64,000 bases of DNA from Isoptericola halotolerans (GCF_013149785.1 NZ_JABEZU010000001.1:62001-126000); one strand, 5' to 3'; counted from the stretch's first letter, positions 9,105-18,801 are shown. The notes: a model not told the origin generated them from the letters alone. Numbers and translations: made by a program.

Positions 9105-9566
9105 ATGGAGGACTGGCGCAAGGTCAAGCGGCTGGTGTTTGCGCGCCACAGCAACCCGTGGAGCATGTGGACGAGGTGGGCGAGCACCCCGCTGATGCTC
9201 GTCCCGGTGTGGCGACGCAGCCCGCGCGACGCCGCGCTGGTCGGCCTGTGGATGGCGGTCAACCCGGTGGTGTTCCGCGAACCCGCGCACGACCGGGCAT
9301 GGGCGACCCGGGCGGCGCTCGGCGAGGAGCAGTGGATCGCCGAGCGCCCGATGGACACCGCGATGGCGGTCGACGTCGCCGCGACCGCCGCCTTGCTGGC
9401 CGCGATGGTCGCCGCCCATCGACGCCGCGCGGTGCCGGCCGCGGCCGCGACAGCACTGGGGATGGGGCTGCTGATGGCGTACTGGGAGCTGATGGCCCGC
9501 TACTACGACCGTCTGCTCGATGAGAAGGCCGCCGGCATGGAGGAGCACCTGGACCCGGCCACCTGA
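9105..9566 (+). CDS. DUF6653-like membrane protein
   Basis: ARHSNPWSMWTRW, NPVVFREP...WATRAALGE; AAGGAG RBS. Confidence 0.8.
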   Translation: MEDWRKVKRLVFARHSNPWSMWTRWASTPLMLVPVWRRSPRDAALVGLWMAVNPVVFREPAHDRAWATRAALGEEQWIAERPMDTAMAVDVAATAALLAAMVAAHRRRAVPAAAATALGMGLLMAYWELMARYYDRLLDEKAAGMEEHLDPAT

Positions 9567-9658
9567 CGACGACCCCGCTGTGCTTCTCCGGCGAGGGCCA
9601 CCCGGGGACCGTGGCTGGGTAGCATGGCGCCCCGCACGAGATCGACAGGACCGGGACG

Positions 9659-10435
9659 ATGACCGACGAACCAGAGCACCTCGTGCGGGACATCCGGGAG
9701 GCGTTGGAGGGCCTGCCTTCCCAGCTCGCCGCCGCGCTCTTCGACGTCGCCAACGACCTGAGACGGCTCGACGTGCGCCCCGACGTGGTGGAAGCCTTCT
9801 ACCTGGCCGCCATCCACCACGGGGAGAACGACTCGTACCTCAATCTCGGCAACCTCTACGCGGAGAACGACGACCACGCGAAGGCGCTGGAGGCGTATCG
9901 GGCGTCGTGGCGGCACGGCGACGCCAAGGGCGCCTTCATGGCGGCGCAGGCGCTGGAGTCGGAGGGCTCGCTCGAGGAAGCGCGAGATGCCTACACCTTC
10001 GCGGCAGTTCAGTTTCCCGAGGCGAGCTACCGGCTGGCGCGGGTTCTCGACGCGATGGGTGAGCACGAGCGGGCGGCCGAGGTGCTCGAAGGCTCCGCGG
10101 AGAGCAGCTGGGAGTCGGCGGTGGACCTGGCCCTGGGCGCCTCGAAGCCGGTCGAGGAGGCGATCGCCCTGCTGGAACGGCACCGTGACCGGGGTGAGTC
10201 GGAGGTCGCCGTCACGCTCGGGCTGCTGTACGAGCGCGCCGGTCGCGACGCCGACGCCAGGGAGACGTGGCGCCGCGCCGCCGAGACAGGAGATGCTTTC
10301 GCGGCGACCAACCTGGGACTGGCTCTCGACGACGACGGTGACCGTACCGAGGCGGTCACCTGGTGGAGGTTCGCGGCGCAGCGCGGGGACGAGAAGGCCG
10401 CTGAGCTCTTGGAGGACCTCGCCACGACCGACTGA
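9659..10435 (+). CDS. Sel1/TPR-repeat protein
   Basis: Repeated helical motifs YLNLGNLY, AVTLGLLY, ATNLGLAL...WWRFAAQRGD. Confidence 0.8.
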   Translation: MTDEPEHLVRDIREALEGLPSQLAAALFDVANDLRRLDVRPDVVEAFYLAAIHHGENDSYLNLGNLYAENDDHAKALEAYRASWRHGDAKGAFMAAQALESEGSLEEARDAYTFAAVQFPEASYRLARVLDAMGEHERAAEVLEGSAESSWESAVDLALGASKPVEEAIALLERHRDRGESEVAVTLGLLYERAGRDADARETWRRAAETGDAFAATNLGLALDDDGDRTEAVTWWRFAAQRGDEKAAELLEDLATTD

Positions 10436-10492
10436 TGCTGTCTCCGCCGCCGCCGGGCCCGACCCCGGTGGCACCCGGGCTACTCTGCGCGG

Positions 10493-11352
10493 ATGGAGCG
10501 CAGATTCCGGCAGGTGGACGTCTTCGGCCAGGCCCCGTGCACGGGCAACCCCGTCGCGGTGGTGCTCGACGCCGACGGCCTCGACGACGAGGCGCTGCGA
10601 CGGTTCTCGGTGTGGACGAACCTCTCGGAGTGCACGTTCGTGCTGCCACCGACGGTGCCCGGTGCCGACTACCGGGTGCGGATCTTCAGCCTGCGCACCG
10701 AGCTGCCGTTCGCCGGGCACCCCACCCTGGGCACCGCGCGGGCCTGGCTGGACGCCGGCGGCACCCCGGCGGCACCCCGGCGGCACCCGGCGTGGTGGTC
10801 CAGGAGTGCGGTGCGGGACTGGTGCCGGTGCGTCTCGACGGCGACCGGCTGGCCTTCGCCGCGCCACCGCGGCTGCACTCCGGCTCGGTCGACCCCGAGC
10901 TGCTCGACACGCTGGTGCAGATCCTCGGGATCGGGCGTGAGCAGGTGTTGGACGCCGAACGGCTCGACAACGGGCCCGGCTGGGTGGGCCTGCTGCTCGA
11001 CGGCGCGAGCACCGTCCTCGACCTGCACCCGGACGCCTCCGCGCACCCGGGAAGGTGGGACATCGGGGTGATCGGTGCGCACGACCCGGGCTCTGAGTCG
11101 GCGTTCGAGCTGCGGGCGTTCTTCACCGAGGGGGACGAACCCCTGCGTGAGGACCCCGTGACGGGCAGCCTGAACGCGGCAGCGGCACAGTGGCTCCTCG
11201 CGACCGGGCGTGCGAGGGCGCCCTACGTCGCCGCCCAGGGCACCGCGATGGGACGCCGGGGCCGCGTCCACGTCGACACCGAGGACGGGCGGATCTGGGT
11301 CGGCGGCCGCGCCGAGGTGGTCCTGTCCGGCACGGCCGCGCTGCCGGCCTGA
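10493..11352 (+). pseudogene. PhzF-family isomerase, frameshifted by an 11-bp tandem duplication
   Basis: N-half (QVDVF..GNPVAVV, NLSECTF, ELPFAGHPTLG) and C-half (EDPVTGSLN, QGTAMGRRG) lie in different frames; junction is (CCGGCGGCACC)x3. Confidence 0.88.
10755..10787. repeat. Three perfect tandem copies of CCGGCGGCACC
   Basis: Read directly; deleting one unit restores the reading frame. Confidence 0.95.
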
Positions 11353-11652
11353 GCCTGCCGCTGGTTGCCGAATCCAGCGCGAGCACCCGATGCACGATGC
11401 TGTCGGAACTGACTGCTGCCAACAGCTGTCCGCGGTCGACGGGCAGGCCGACGCGTGCGTAGCTGATCTGCATCGAGGGGGCGGCCCCGGTGGAAGCGGG
11501 AGACGTGGAGCGCCCGGCTGCTCGGTCCAGCAGATCGCTGCCTCCATCAGCTCCGGCGAGCGATCCGACCACAGCTTCAGAAACGATCGTTTCTGGCGCG
11601 GTGCCGGGATCTGGCTGGAGTTGTCAGCGATCCCCGACATCCGCCCTGTGGC

Positions 11653-11676
11653 ACCGGGCAGGTCGCCCTGCCCGGT
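11653..11676 (-). terminator. Hairpin terminator after the NAD(P)H-dependent reductase gene
   Basis: ACCGGGCAGG-TCGC-CCTGCCCGGT just downstream of the stop codon. Confidence 0.6.
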
Positions 11677-11683
11677 AGCCGCG

Positions 11684-12334
11684 TCAGTAAGCGACGGCGA
11701 AGCGCTGCATCCGGTGCCGGGGCGTCTCGATCTCGTCGACGATCGCCAAGGCGTAGTCCTCGACCGAGATGGTGCTCTCGCCCTCGTCGTCGACGAGGAG
11801 GTCGTCGAGGGAGGTGCGGTAGGCGCCCGTGCGCTCACCGGGAGCGATGCTCGCGGCCGGGCTGACGTTGACCCAGTCCAGGTCGGTCACGGAGCGGTAG
11901 TGCTCCAGAGCGGCGCCGTGGGCGTGCATGATCTTCAGGAGGTCCTCCGGCAGCCCGGGGTTGTCCTGGACGAGCGCGCCGTCCGGGGTGCGCAGGGTGC
12001 CGGCGCCGCCCACGGCGATGAGCCGCGGTGCCTGGCCCCCGAGCGCCCGCAGGCCTTCGGTGAGAGCCTTGGCGGAGGGCTCGATCGTCGCGAGGTGGCC
12101 CTGGCCGTCGCGGCCGCCGACCGCGCTGACGAGCACGTCCTGGCCGGTTGCGGCCGAGCTGACCGACTGCGGATCCAGGACGTCACCGGGGGTGACGCTC
12201 AGGCGGGGGTGCTGGACGGTGACCTTCGCGGGATCGCGGACGACGGCGGTGACAGTGTGGCCCCGCTCGAGGGCCTCGCGGACGATGGCGGAGCCGAGGG
12301 TGCCGTTGGCGCCGAAGACGGTGATGTCTGACAA
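11684..12334 (-). CDS. NAD(P)H-binding oxidoreductase (YwnB/flavin-reductase-like atypical SDR)
   Basis: ITVFGANGTLG, VGGAGTL, ISVEDYALAIVDEIE; AAGGAG RBS before a TTG start. Confidence 0.88.
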   Translation of the reverse strand: MSDITVFGANGTLGSAIVREALERGHTVTAVVRDPAKVTVQHPRLSVTPGDVLDPQSVSSAATGQDVLVSAVGGRDGQGHLATIEPSAKALTEGLRALGGQAPRLIAVGGAGTLRTPDGALVQDNPGLPEDLLKIMHAHGAALEHYRSVTDLDWVNVSPAASIAPGERTGAYRTSLDDLLVDDEGESTISVEDYALAIVDEIETPRHRMQRFAVAY

Positions 12335-12381
12335 GGTGTAACTCCTTGGAGTGGTGGGGTCAGTGGTGGGTGTGAGGTGGG

Positions 12382-13014
12382 TCAGGCGGCGCGGTCGAGG
12401 TGCCGATCGAGCGCCTCGGTGAGCGCGGCGGCGCTGGAGACGGGACCGCCGAGACGGTGGGTGCCCGTCTCCGTGTGCAGCAGCAGGGTCGGGTAACCCT
12501 CGACGCCGAGGCGGCGGAGCTCGCGGAATTCCTCTTCAGCCTCGGCACGGGCGTCCGTCGAGCGGAACGCCTCGACGGCCGCGTCGGCATCCAGCCCGTG
12601 CTCCTCGGCGATGTCGCGGACGACCTCGACGTCGGAGAGGCTACGGCCGTCGATGTACCAGGCACGCTGCAGCGCGCTGGCGAGCACGAGAGCATTCTCC
12701 GGGGCCTGGCGGCGCAGTGCGACGAGCGCGGTGGCGGCGTCGGCCGAGTCCATGTGGGTCGTGCCCCCCTCCAGCATGCGCTGGTAGTCCTCGCCGAAGG
12801 TCACGCCGGTGAGATCGGCGATGCGCTGGTTGGCCCCCGGGATGTGGGGGTAGGCGCTGATCGGGCCCGCCTTGGCACCGGTGAACAGCCCGCCGGAGCG
12901 GACCTCGAGCGTGATGCGGTTGATGTTGTCGGCGGCGAACTGCCGCACGGCGGGGCCGAAGCCGTAGCACCAGCCGCAGTAGGCGTCGAACGCGTAGGTG
13001 AGCTTGGTGGTCAT
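12382..13014 (-). CDS. DsbA-family thioredoxin-fold protein
   Basis: FDAYCGWCYGF CxxC motif, cis-Pro motif GVEGYPTLL. Confidence 0.9.
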   Translation of the reverse strand: MTTKLTYAFDAYCGWCYGFGPAVRQFAADNINRITLEVRSGGLFTGAKAGPISAYPHIPGANQRIADLTGVTFGEDYQRMLEGGTTHMDSADAATALVALRRQAPENALVLASALQRAWYIDGRSLSDVEVVRDIAEEHGLDADAAVEAFRSTDARAEAEEEFRELRRLGVEGYPTLLLHTETGTHRLGGPVSSAAALTEALDRHLDRAA

Positions 13015-13157
13015 CGCTTCTCTTCTGGTCGAAGTCGGTCACGGTGGGTGTCGCCGGGTGTGGAAGAACTGTTGGCCCGTTCCTCACTGGCTGCTCCGTG
13101 ATGACAACTACTCTGTGCCGGTCCGCGATGCTGGGAAAGGTGAGCTACGGTCCGGTT

Positions 13158-14111
13158 ATGGTGAAAAACGGTCATGAGGCGGTGGTGCCGGTCCGTTATG
13201 CGCCACCGGGGACCGAGGCAGCCGGGGTCGAAGTGCTCTCGCTCGGCGTGCTGCACGACCGCCTGCGCAATCTTCACCGCGACAGCGGGACCGCGGGCCC
13301 CGGGCGAGGGGGACGCGTCGAGCGCCTGGAGTTCCACCTCCTACTCGCGCTCGACACGGGACTGCTGTGGCACATGGTCGACTTCTCCGACTTCGCCCTC
13401 GCCCCGGGGACCTGGCTCTGGGTTAGGCCGGGGCAGGTGCAGCAGTTCAGCGACTTGAGCGAGGCGCAGGGCACGGCCGTACTGTTCCAGGCCGACCTCC
13501 TCGACCGCATCGTCGCCGCGCAGGTACGGCTCGACGACCCCTTCGCGCCGACCGTGTGGCCGGTGGCAGGAGCCTCCGGAGCCGCGGTGACCCGCATCCT
13601 GAACGAGCTGGGACGCGCCCACCGCGACGTCGGTCTGACCGCGTCGACCCGGTCGGCGATCCTCCGGCACTTGCTGAGCGCGCTCCTCCTCCGCCTCACC
13701 GATCGCAACGTGCCGGTGGGCACGGTCGCCCCGGAGCACACCGAGACCTTCCAGCGCTTCCGTGCCGCCGTCGAGAAGGACTTCGCGCGGGCCCGCGACG
13801 TCGGCCACTACGCCCATCACCTGGGGTACGCGCCGCGCACCCTGACCCGGGCGTCCCAGGCGGCCGCGGGGGTGGGGGCGAAGGCGTTCATCGACCGCCG
13901 GGTCATCCTGGAGGCGAGGCGCCTCCTCGCACATGGGGAGGATCCCGTCGTCGTCATCGCGTATCGACTGGGATTCCCGGACGCGAGCAGCTTCGGGAAG
14001 TTCTTCACCCAGCGCACGGGCAGCACGCCCGCCGCCTTCCGCCACCGGTTCCGTACCGGCCGCCGCCCTCGGCCACGGCGCGGAGGGGGCACCGAGACGG
14101 CCGGCGAATAG
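13158..14111 (+). CDS. AraC-family transcriptional regulator
   Basis: N-terminal cupin-like HMVDF..RPGQVQQF, C-terminal double HTH (LEARRLL..LGFPDASSFGKFF..TPAAFR); start approximate. Confidence 0.88.
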   Translation: MVKNGHEAVVPVRYAPPGTEAAGVEVLSLGVLHDRLRNLHRDSGTAGPGRGGRVERLEFHLLLALDTGLLWHMVDFSDFALAPGTWLWVRPGQVQQFSDLSEAQGTAVLFQADLLDRIVAAQVRLDDPFAPTVWPVAGASGAAVTRILNELGRAHRDVGLTASTRSAILRHLLSALLLRLTDRNVPVGTVAPEHTETFQRFRAAVEKDFARARDVGHYAHHLGYAPRTLTRASQAAAGVGAKAFIDRRVILEARRLLAHGEDPVVVIAYRLGFPDASSFGKFFTQRTGSTPAAFRHRFRTGRRPRPRRGGGTETAGE

Positions 14112-14469
14112 GCGCGATGTTCTCGGAAGCCCGGAGCGACGCCCGTGACTCGTCACGGTGTGAGCCCGGCACCCCCACCGCGGTCGTGGTCATAGAAGCT
14201 AGGAGTGCGAGCCAGGGTGCGAGCGCTTCGCCCGTGGCAAGAGGGTTCCTCCTGCGAAGCATGCCGGCAGGTGTTCTCGGGGACTTCCGCCATGTGGCGG
14301 AGCACCCCCGCTCCGCCCGAGAAGCGTGAGTGCCCGATGGACGCCCAGCGGAAAGGCGTGAGGGGAACAGGCCCACCATCGCCGTCCGTGCCATTCGTCA
14401 CGAACAAGACCCGCACACCTCGAAGTTACCTCGCTCACCGATCCCCATTCGGACGCGGCGACAGCCCTA

Positions 14470-14515
14470 TGCAGAGGACTTCGACCACCCGTGCAGCCGA
14501 CTTCGGACCTTGACA
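14470..14515 (-). mobile_element. Putative orphan transposon end (IS21/Tn7-like architecture)
   Basis: Minus strand begins TGTCAAGG followed by two CGAAGTC-N2-CTGCA repeats with a 22-bp period, at the point where virD4 similarity stops. Confidence 0.45.
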
Positions 14516-14907
14516 GGGGTGGCCGCGTGCGGGCCGGCCATCCACGGCACGGTGCGCTGCCCGCGCCCGTAGGAGGTCGAGGACGACAGCCGGTCGTAGT
14601 CCCCGATCAGCTTGGACAGAGACTAGAGGAACGCCACTTCGGAGACGCCGCCGCCGTAGACCTTGACGTTCGACGCGCTCCACAGCTTCTTCATCCCGGA
14701 CTCGCCCCAGACCTCGACGCCCTGGGACCAGGACTGCAGGATCGTCATCGGCACGATCCCGCGCGAGCCGTAGTGCGAGTACAGGTTCGGCAGCTCGCGC
14801 CACCGGCAGACGTTGGCGGCCTCGTCGAGCACCCCGAGCAGCGGGGTGGCCAGGCGCCCGCCGGCAGACCGGGCGGCGAGCTCCTCAGCGGCCTCGACCA
14901 CGGCGGG
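14516..14907 (-). pseudogene. C-terminal fragment of a VirD4/TraG type IV coupling protein (ICE/plasmid relic)
   Basis: VLDEAANVCRWRELPNLYSHYGSRGI..TILQSWSQGVEVWG..KLWSASNVKVYGGG, in-frame TAG at 14623-14625, then SLSKLIGDYD...PWMAGPHA; no 5' part. Confidence 0.85.
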
Positions 14908-14933
14908 TCACACCGCTGGCGCGCCCCACCGGT

Positions 14934-15893
14934 TCACAGCACCGTCGCGAGCTGTTCCAGCGCGGCGAGCGGGTCGGGGCCGGCGGGCATCAGCACGTTC
15001 GACGTGACCCCCGCCGCCGTCAGCTCGTCGATCCGTGCACGGACCTGGGCGGGCGTCCCGGCGAGCGCGAGCTGCTGCACCCACTCCGCGGGCAGTCGCT
15101 CGGTGAACTCCTGTCGCGTGGCGCAGTCGGCGCGCAAGGCCGCGAACTCCGCCGCGAACGGCAGCGGGGCCAGGTGCGGTGCCCAGTCCGGTTCCCCGAT
15201 CCACTCGAGACCCGGCCGCGCCGTGGTGACGGCGGCGTTCGGGTCCTGGTCGACGGCAGCCAGGTTGTAGGCGACGACCCGGTGCGCGCCCGGGGCCGCG
15301 ATCTGCTCGCGCGCCGCGACCACGTACTCGGGGGTGACCGGCTCGGCCAGCACCGTCCCGTCCGCCACCCGCCCCGAGACTGCGAGGGACCGCGGCCCCC
15401 GGACGCCGAGCAGGAGCGGCGGCGAGGTCTCGGGCAGCGACGACGGTTCCAGCCGCAGGTCCTCGAGGCTCGCCCCCGCGACCGTGCCGGTCAGGGTGTC
15501 TCCCGCAAGGAGCGCGCGCACCCCTTGGGTGTACTCGTTCAGGAACGTCAGCGGCCGTTCCGGCCAGCACCCTGCCTGCCGCATCCAGCCCGGCATGCCG
15601 TGCCCGATCCCGACGACGACCCTCCCGGGGAAGAGCTGGCCGAGCGTCGCGATCTCCATCGCCGCGAAGGCGACGTTGCGCGACGCCGCGGGCAGGATCC
15701 CGATACCGACACCGATGCGCTCGGTGCTGGCCAGCACCGCCGCGGCCTGCGCGAAGCCACCACGGAAACCGAGGTCCTCGACGACCCACAGCTCGTCGAA
15801 CCCGGTGCGCTCGGCCGTCCGGGCGTAGTCCAGCACCTGGTGCGCGGGCAGGTCACGCGGCAGCATCACACTGATGCTCGGGGTAGCAGTCAT
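14934..15893 (-). CDS. LLM-class (luciferase-like) flavin-dependent oxidoreductase
   Basis: GFDELWVVED, FAAMEIATL..PGRVVVGIGHG, LLLGVRGPRSL. Confidence 0.9.
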   Translation of the reverse strand: MTATPSISVMLPRDLPAHQVLDYARTAERTGFDELWVVEDLGFRGGFAQAAAVLASTERIGVGIGILPAASRNVAFAAMEIATLGQLFPGRVVVGIGHGMPGWMRQAGCWPERPLTFLNEYTQGVRALLAGDTLTGTVAGASLEDLRLEPSSLPETSPPLLLGVRGPRSLAVSGRVADGTVLAEPVTPEYVVAAREQIAAPGAHRVVAYNLAAVDQDPNAAVTTARPGLEWIGEPDWAPHLAPLPFAAEFAALRADCATRQEFTERLPAEWVQQLALAGTPAQVRARIDELTAAGVTSNVLMPAGPDPLAALEQLATVL

Positions 15894-15936
15894 GGATAAC
15901 TTCTATCAGAGTGCTGGTGGACGAGCCGCCCAGGTC

Positions 15937-16767
15937 TCAGAACTCCTCGTAGACCGCCGGGTCCTGGTCGTTGTTGCGCCCGTCGGGCCGGGCGAGCGCG
16001 GCGATGGCGTCGACGTCGTCGTCGGTGAGCTCCAGGTCGATCGCGGCGAGGTTCTGCCGCTGGCGTTCCGGGGCGGTGGCCTTGGGCAGCGGCACGACGT
16101 CGAGGTGGGCGTGCCACGCGAGGATCACCTCGGGGACGCTCAGGCCCCGGGCGTCGGCGATCCGCGCCAGCACCGGGTCCTGCAGCATCTCGTTCGCCCG
16201 TCCGATCGGGCTCCAGGCCTCGGTGACGATGCCGCGCTTGGCGTCGTAGGACCGTTGCTCCGCCTGCGGGAAGTACGGGTGCAGCTCGACCTGGTTGACC
16301 GCGGGCACGACGCCGGTCTCCTCCAGGAGCCGGTCGATGTGCTCCGGCAGGAAGTTCGACACGCCGATTGCGCGGACCAGGCCGCGCTCGCGCGCCTCGA
16401 CGAGGGCCTGCCACGCCTCGACGTACCGGCGCTGGGCCGGGTTGGGCCAGTGGATCAGGTACAGGTCGAGGTGGTCCAGGCCCGTGCGGTAGACGCTCTC
16501 CTCGATCGCGGTGACCGCCGCGTCGTAGGTGTGGTGCCGGCCGGGCAGCTTCGAGGTGACGATCACCTCGTCGCGCGGCACGCCGCTCGCGCGGACCGCG
16601 GCGCCGACCGTGCCCTCGTTCTCATAGTTGAACGCCGAGTCGATCAGCCGGTAGCCCGCCCGCAGCGCGTTCTCGATGACCTCCGCACCGTGCCGTCCCT
16701 TGAGACTGGCGGTGCCGAACCCGATGCGGGGCAGGGTCAGGGCGCGGGTGGACGTGTACTCGGACAT
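15937..16767 (-). CDS. Aldo/keto reductase (2,5-DKG reductase-like)
   Basis: GYRLIDSAFNYENE, DLYLIHWP, IGVSNF, NQVELHPY; GAGGAGG RBS. Confidence 0.92.
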   Translation of the reverse strand: MSEYTSTRALTLPRIGFGTASLKGRHGAEVIENALRAGYRLIDSAFNYENEGTVGAAVRASGVPRDEVIVTSKLPGRHHTYDAAVTAIEESVYRTGLDHLDLYLIHWPNPAQRRYVEAWQALVEARERGLVRAIGVSNFLPEHIDRLLEETGVVPAVNQVELHPYFPQAEQRSYDAKRGIVTEAWSPIGRANEMLQDPVLARIADARGLSVPEVILAWHAHLDVVPLPKATAPERQRQNLAAIDLELTDDDVDAIAALARPDGRNNDQDPAVYEEF

Positions 16768-16838
16768 CGGTCCTCCTCGTGCGTGGGCGGTACGGCTCCG
16801 ACAGCGACCGTACGCGCGGTCGACTCCCGTCGCTCGCC

Positions 16839-17612
16839 TCAGCTCAGCCGCCGCACCACCAGGGACTGCGCCAGCCGGCCGAACGACCCGGCCTCGTCGT
16901 GCAGGACGGCGGAGGTCACCCCGGCCCCGTCGGGACCGAACGTGACGGTGGTGTCCAGCCCCAGCCAGCCGCCGGCGGGCCGGCGGAACAGGTGCGCGGT
17001 GAGGTCGACGTTCGGGAAGGCCACCTCGCGCGGGTCGCTCCGCACGGTCATCCCGTTGGCCAGGTCCAGGAGACCGACGGTCCGGGCCAGCGTGCCGACG
17101 TCCTCGCCGTCGAGCAGCGGGACCCCGGTGCGTGCCCACACCCGCCCCCGGCCGGGGTTCTCCAGGGCGCGGCGGACCTCGATCGAGGCGACGAACCCGC
17201 CCGGCCAGTCCGCCGTGGGGTCCCACGCCGGGGTGTCCTGCGGGCCGGGCACGGCGGCCGGTGCGCCCGCCTCCAGCGTCGACGAGTCTCCCGTGGCCGT
17301 GAGCCAGGCCCGCAGCGTCACCACGCGGCGAGCACCGCAGTGCACCTCGGCCTCGACGAGCTCGACGCCGCGTCCCGGCCGCAGCACGCGCACCGCGGTG
17401 TCCATGACCTCCAGCGGGTAGGGGCCCCAGACGTCGAACGACAGGCGCGTCACGGCCAGGTCGTCGCGCCCCCGCGCGATCCGGTCGGTCTCGACGAGGT
17501 GGGCCAGGAGGCCGAACGTCGGCGCGACGTGCTGCTCGGCGGTGTTCCAGGCGCCGCCGACGGCGGAGGTCGGGTCGAACGTCGTGGCGCCGGTGCGTCG
17601 GAAGTAGCTCAT
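16839..17612 (-). CDS. Acyl-CoA thioesterase-like (double hotdog) protein
   Basis: GAWNTAEQH, RPGRGVELVEA, DLANG..FPNVDLTAHLFRRP.GGWLG. Confidence 0.85.
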   Translation of the reverse strand: MSYFRRTGATTFDPTSAVGGAWNTAEQHVAPTFGLLAHLVETDRIARGRDDLAVTRLSFDVWGPYPLEVMDTAVRVLRPGRGVELVEAEVHCGARRVVTLRAWLTATGDSSTLEAGAPAAVPGPQDTPAWDPTADWPGGFVASIEVRRALENPGRGRVWARTGVPLLDGEDVGTLARTVGLLDLANGMTVRSDPREVAFPNVDLTAHLFRRPAGGWLGLDTTVTFGPDGAGVTSAVLHDEAGSFGRLAQSLVVRRLS

Positions 17613-17711
17613 GGCCGCCATCCTGGCAGGACGGATCCCGTGCTCGCGCGCACCCTCGCCCCGTCGTGGGAGGCTCGAGGAGCGACCGGCCCGCGACGAT
17701 CGAGGAGCCTG

Positions 17712-18797
17712 ATGACCCTGCGCCCTGCCGCTGCCCGGGTGGCGACCGCCTCCCTGGCACTGTTCCTGATGACCGGCTGCGCCGCGGACCCCGGTCCTGG
17801 ACCCGCGTCCCCCGAGCCTGCCTCTCCGGCGGCAGCCGACCCGACGGGCACCCCCACCCCGGTCGCGACCGGCCTGGACGCACCCTGGTCGGTCGTCCTG
17901 CTCGACGGCACCGCCCTCGTCAGCGAGCGGGACAGCGCCCGGATCGTGGAGCTGGCCGACGACGGTTCGCACCGTGAGGTCGGCGTCGTCGCCGACGTCG
18001 AGCCCGCCGGGGAGGGAGGTCTGCTCGGCCTCGCCGTCGACGACGACCGCCGCCTCTACGTCTACTCGACCGGTCCGGGGGGCAACCGCATCGAGCGCTA
18101 CGAGCTGACCGGCGAGCCGGGCGCGCTGGGCCTCGGGGCGCCCACCACCCTCCTCGACGGGCTGCCGTCGGCCCGCGTCCACGACGGTGGACGCCTCGCC
18201 GTCGGCCCGGACGGGATGCTGTACGCCGCGGTCGGCGACGCGGGAGAGCCGGGCCTCGCCCAGGACCTCGACTCCCTCGGCGGCAAGATCCTGCGGATGA
18301 CGCTCGACGGCGAGGTGCCCGCCGACAACCCCTTCGAGGGGTCCCTGGTCCACAGCTACGGCCACCGCAACGTGCAGGGCATGGCGTGGGCCGACGACGG
18401 CACGATGTTCGCCACGGAGTTCGGCCAGAACACCTGGGACGAGCTCAACGTCATCACCGCGGGCGCCAACTACGGCTGGCCGGAGGTCGAGGGGATCGCC
18501 GAGCAGGAGGGGTTCGTCGACCCGGTCCAGCAGTGGGAGCCGTCGCAGGCGAGCCCGAGCGGCATGGCGCACGTCGACGGCACGCTGTTCGTCGCGAACC
18601 TGCGCGGCCAGGTCCTGCGGGCGGTCCCCGTCGACGAGCCCGGCACCTCGACCGATCTCTTCGAGGGGGAGCACGGGCGGCTGCGGGACGTCCTGCCCGG
18701 GCCGGACGGCGGGCTCTGGTTCGTCACGAACAACACCGACGGGCGGGGAGACCCGGGCGCGGACGACGACCAGGTCCTCACCGTCGACCTCCCGTGA
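17712..18797 (+). CDS. PQQ-dependent glucose/sorbosone dehydrogenase-family lipoprotein
   Basis: Lipobox LMTGC; GEGGLLGLA, HDGGRL, GKILR, SYGHRNVQG, GANYGWP. Confidence 0.9.
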   Translation: MTLRPAAARVATASLALFLMTGCAADPGPGPASPEPASPAAADPTGTPTPVATGLDAPWSVVLLDGTALVSERDSARIVELADDGSHREVGVVADVEPAGEGGLLGLAVDDDRRLYVYSTGPGGNRIERYELTGEPGALGLGAPTTLLDGLPSARVHDGGRLAVGPDGMLYAAVGDAGEPGLAQDLDSLGGKILRMTLDGEVPADNPFEGSLVHSYGHRNVQGMAWADDGTMFATEFGQNTWDELNVITAGANYGWPEVEGIAEQEGFVDPVQQWEPSQASPSGMAHVDGTLFVANLRGQVLRAVPVDEPGTSTDLFEGEHGRLRDVLPGPDGGLWFVTNNTDGRGDPGADDDQVLTVDLP

Positions 18798-18801
18798 GAC
18801 G

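Noticed and set aside
10493..11352. Phenazine biosynthesis cluster
   Set aside because: Stand-alone PhzF-family gene; no phzA/B/D/E/G nearby
14623..14625. Programmed TAG readthrough (pyrrolysine) in the virD4 fragment
   Set aside because: The gene is also 5'-truncated and appears internally deleted, and no pyl genes are present; simple nonsense decay
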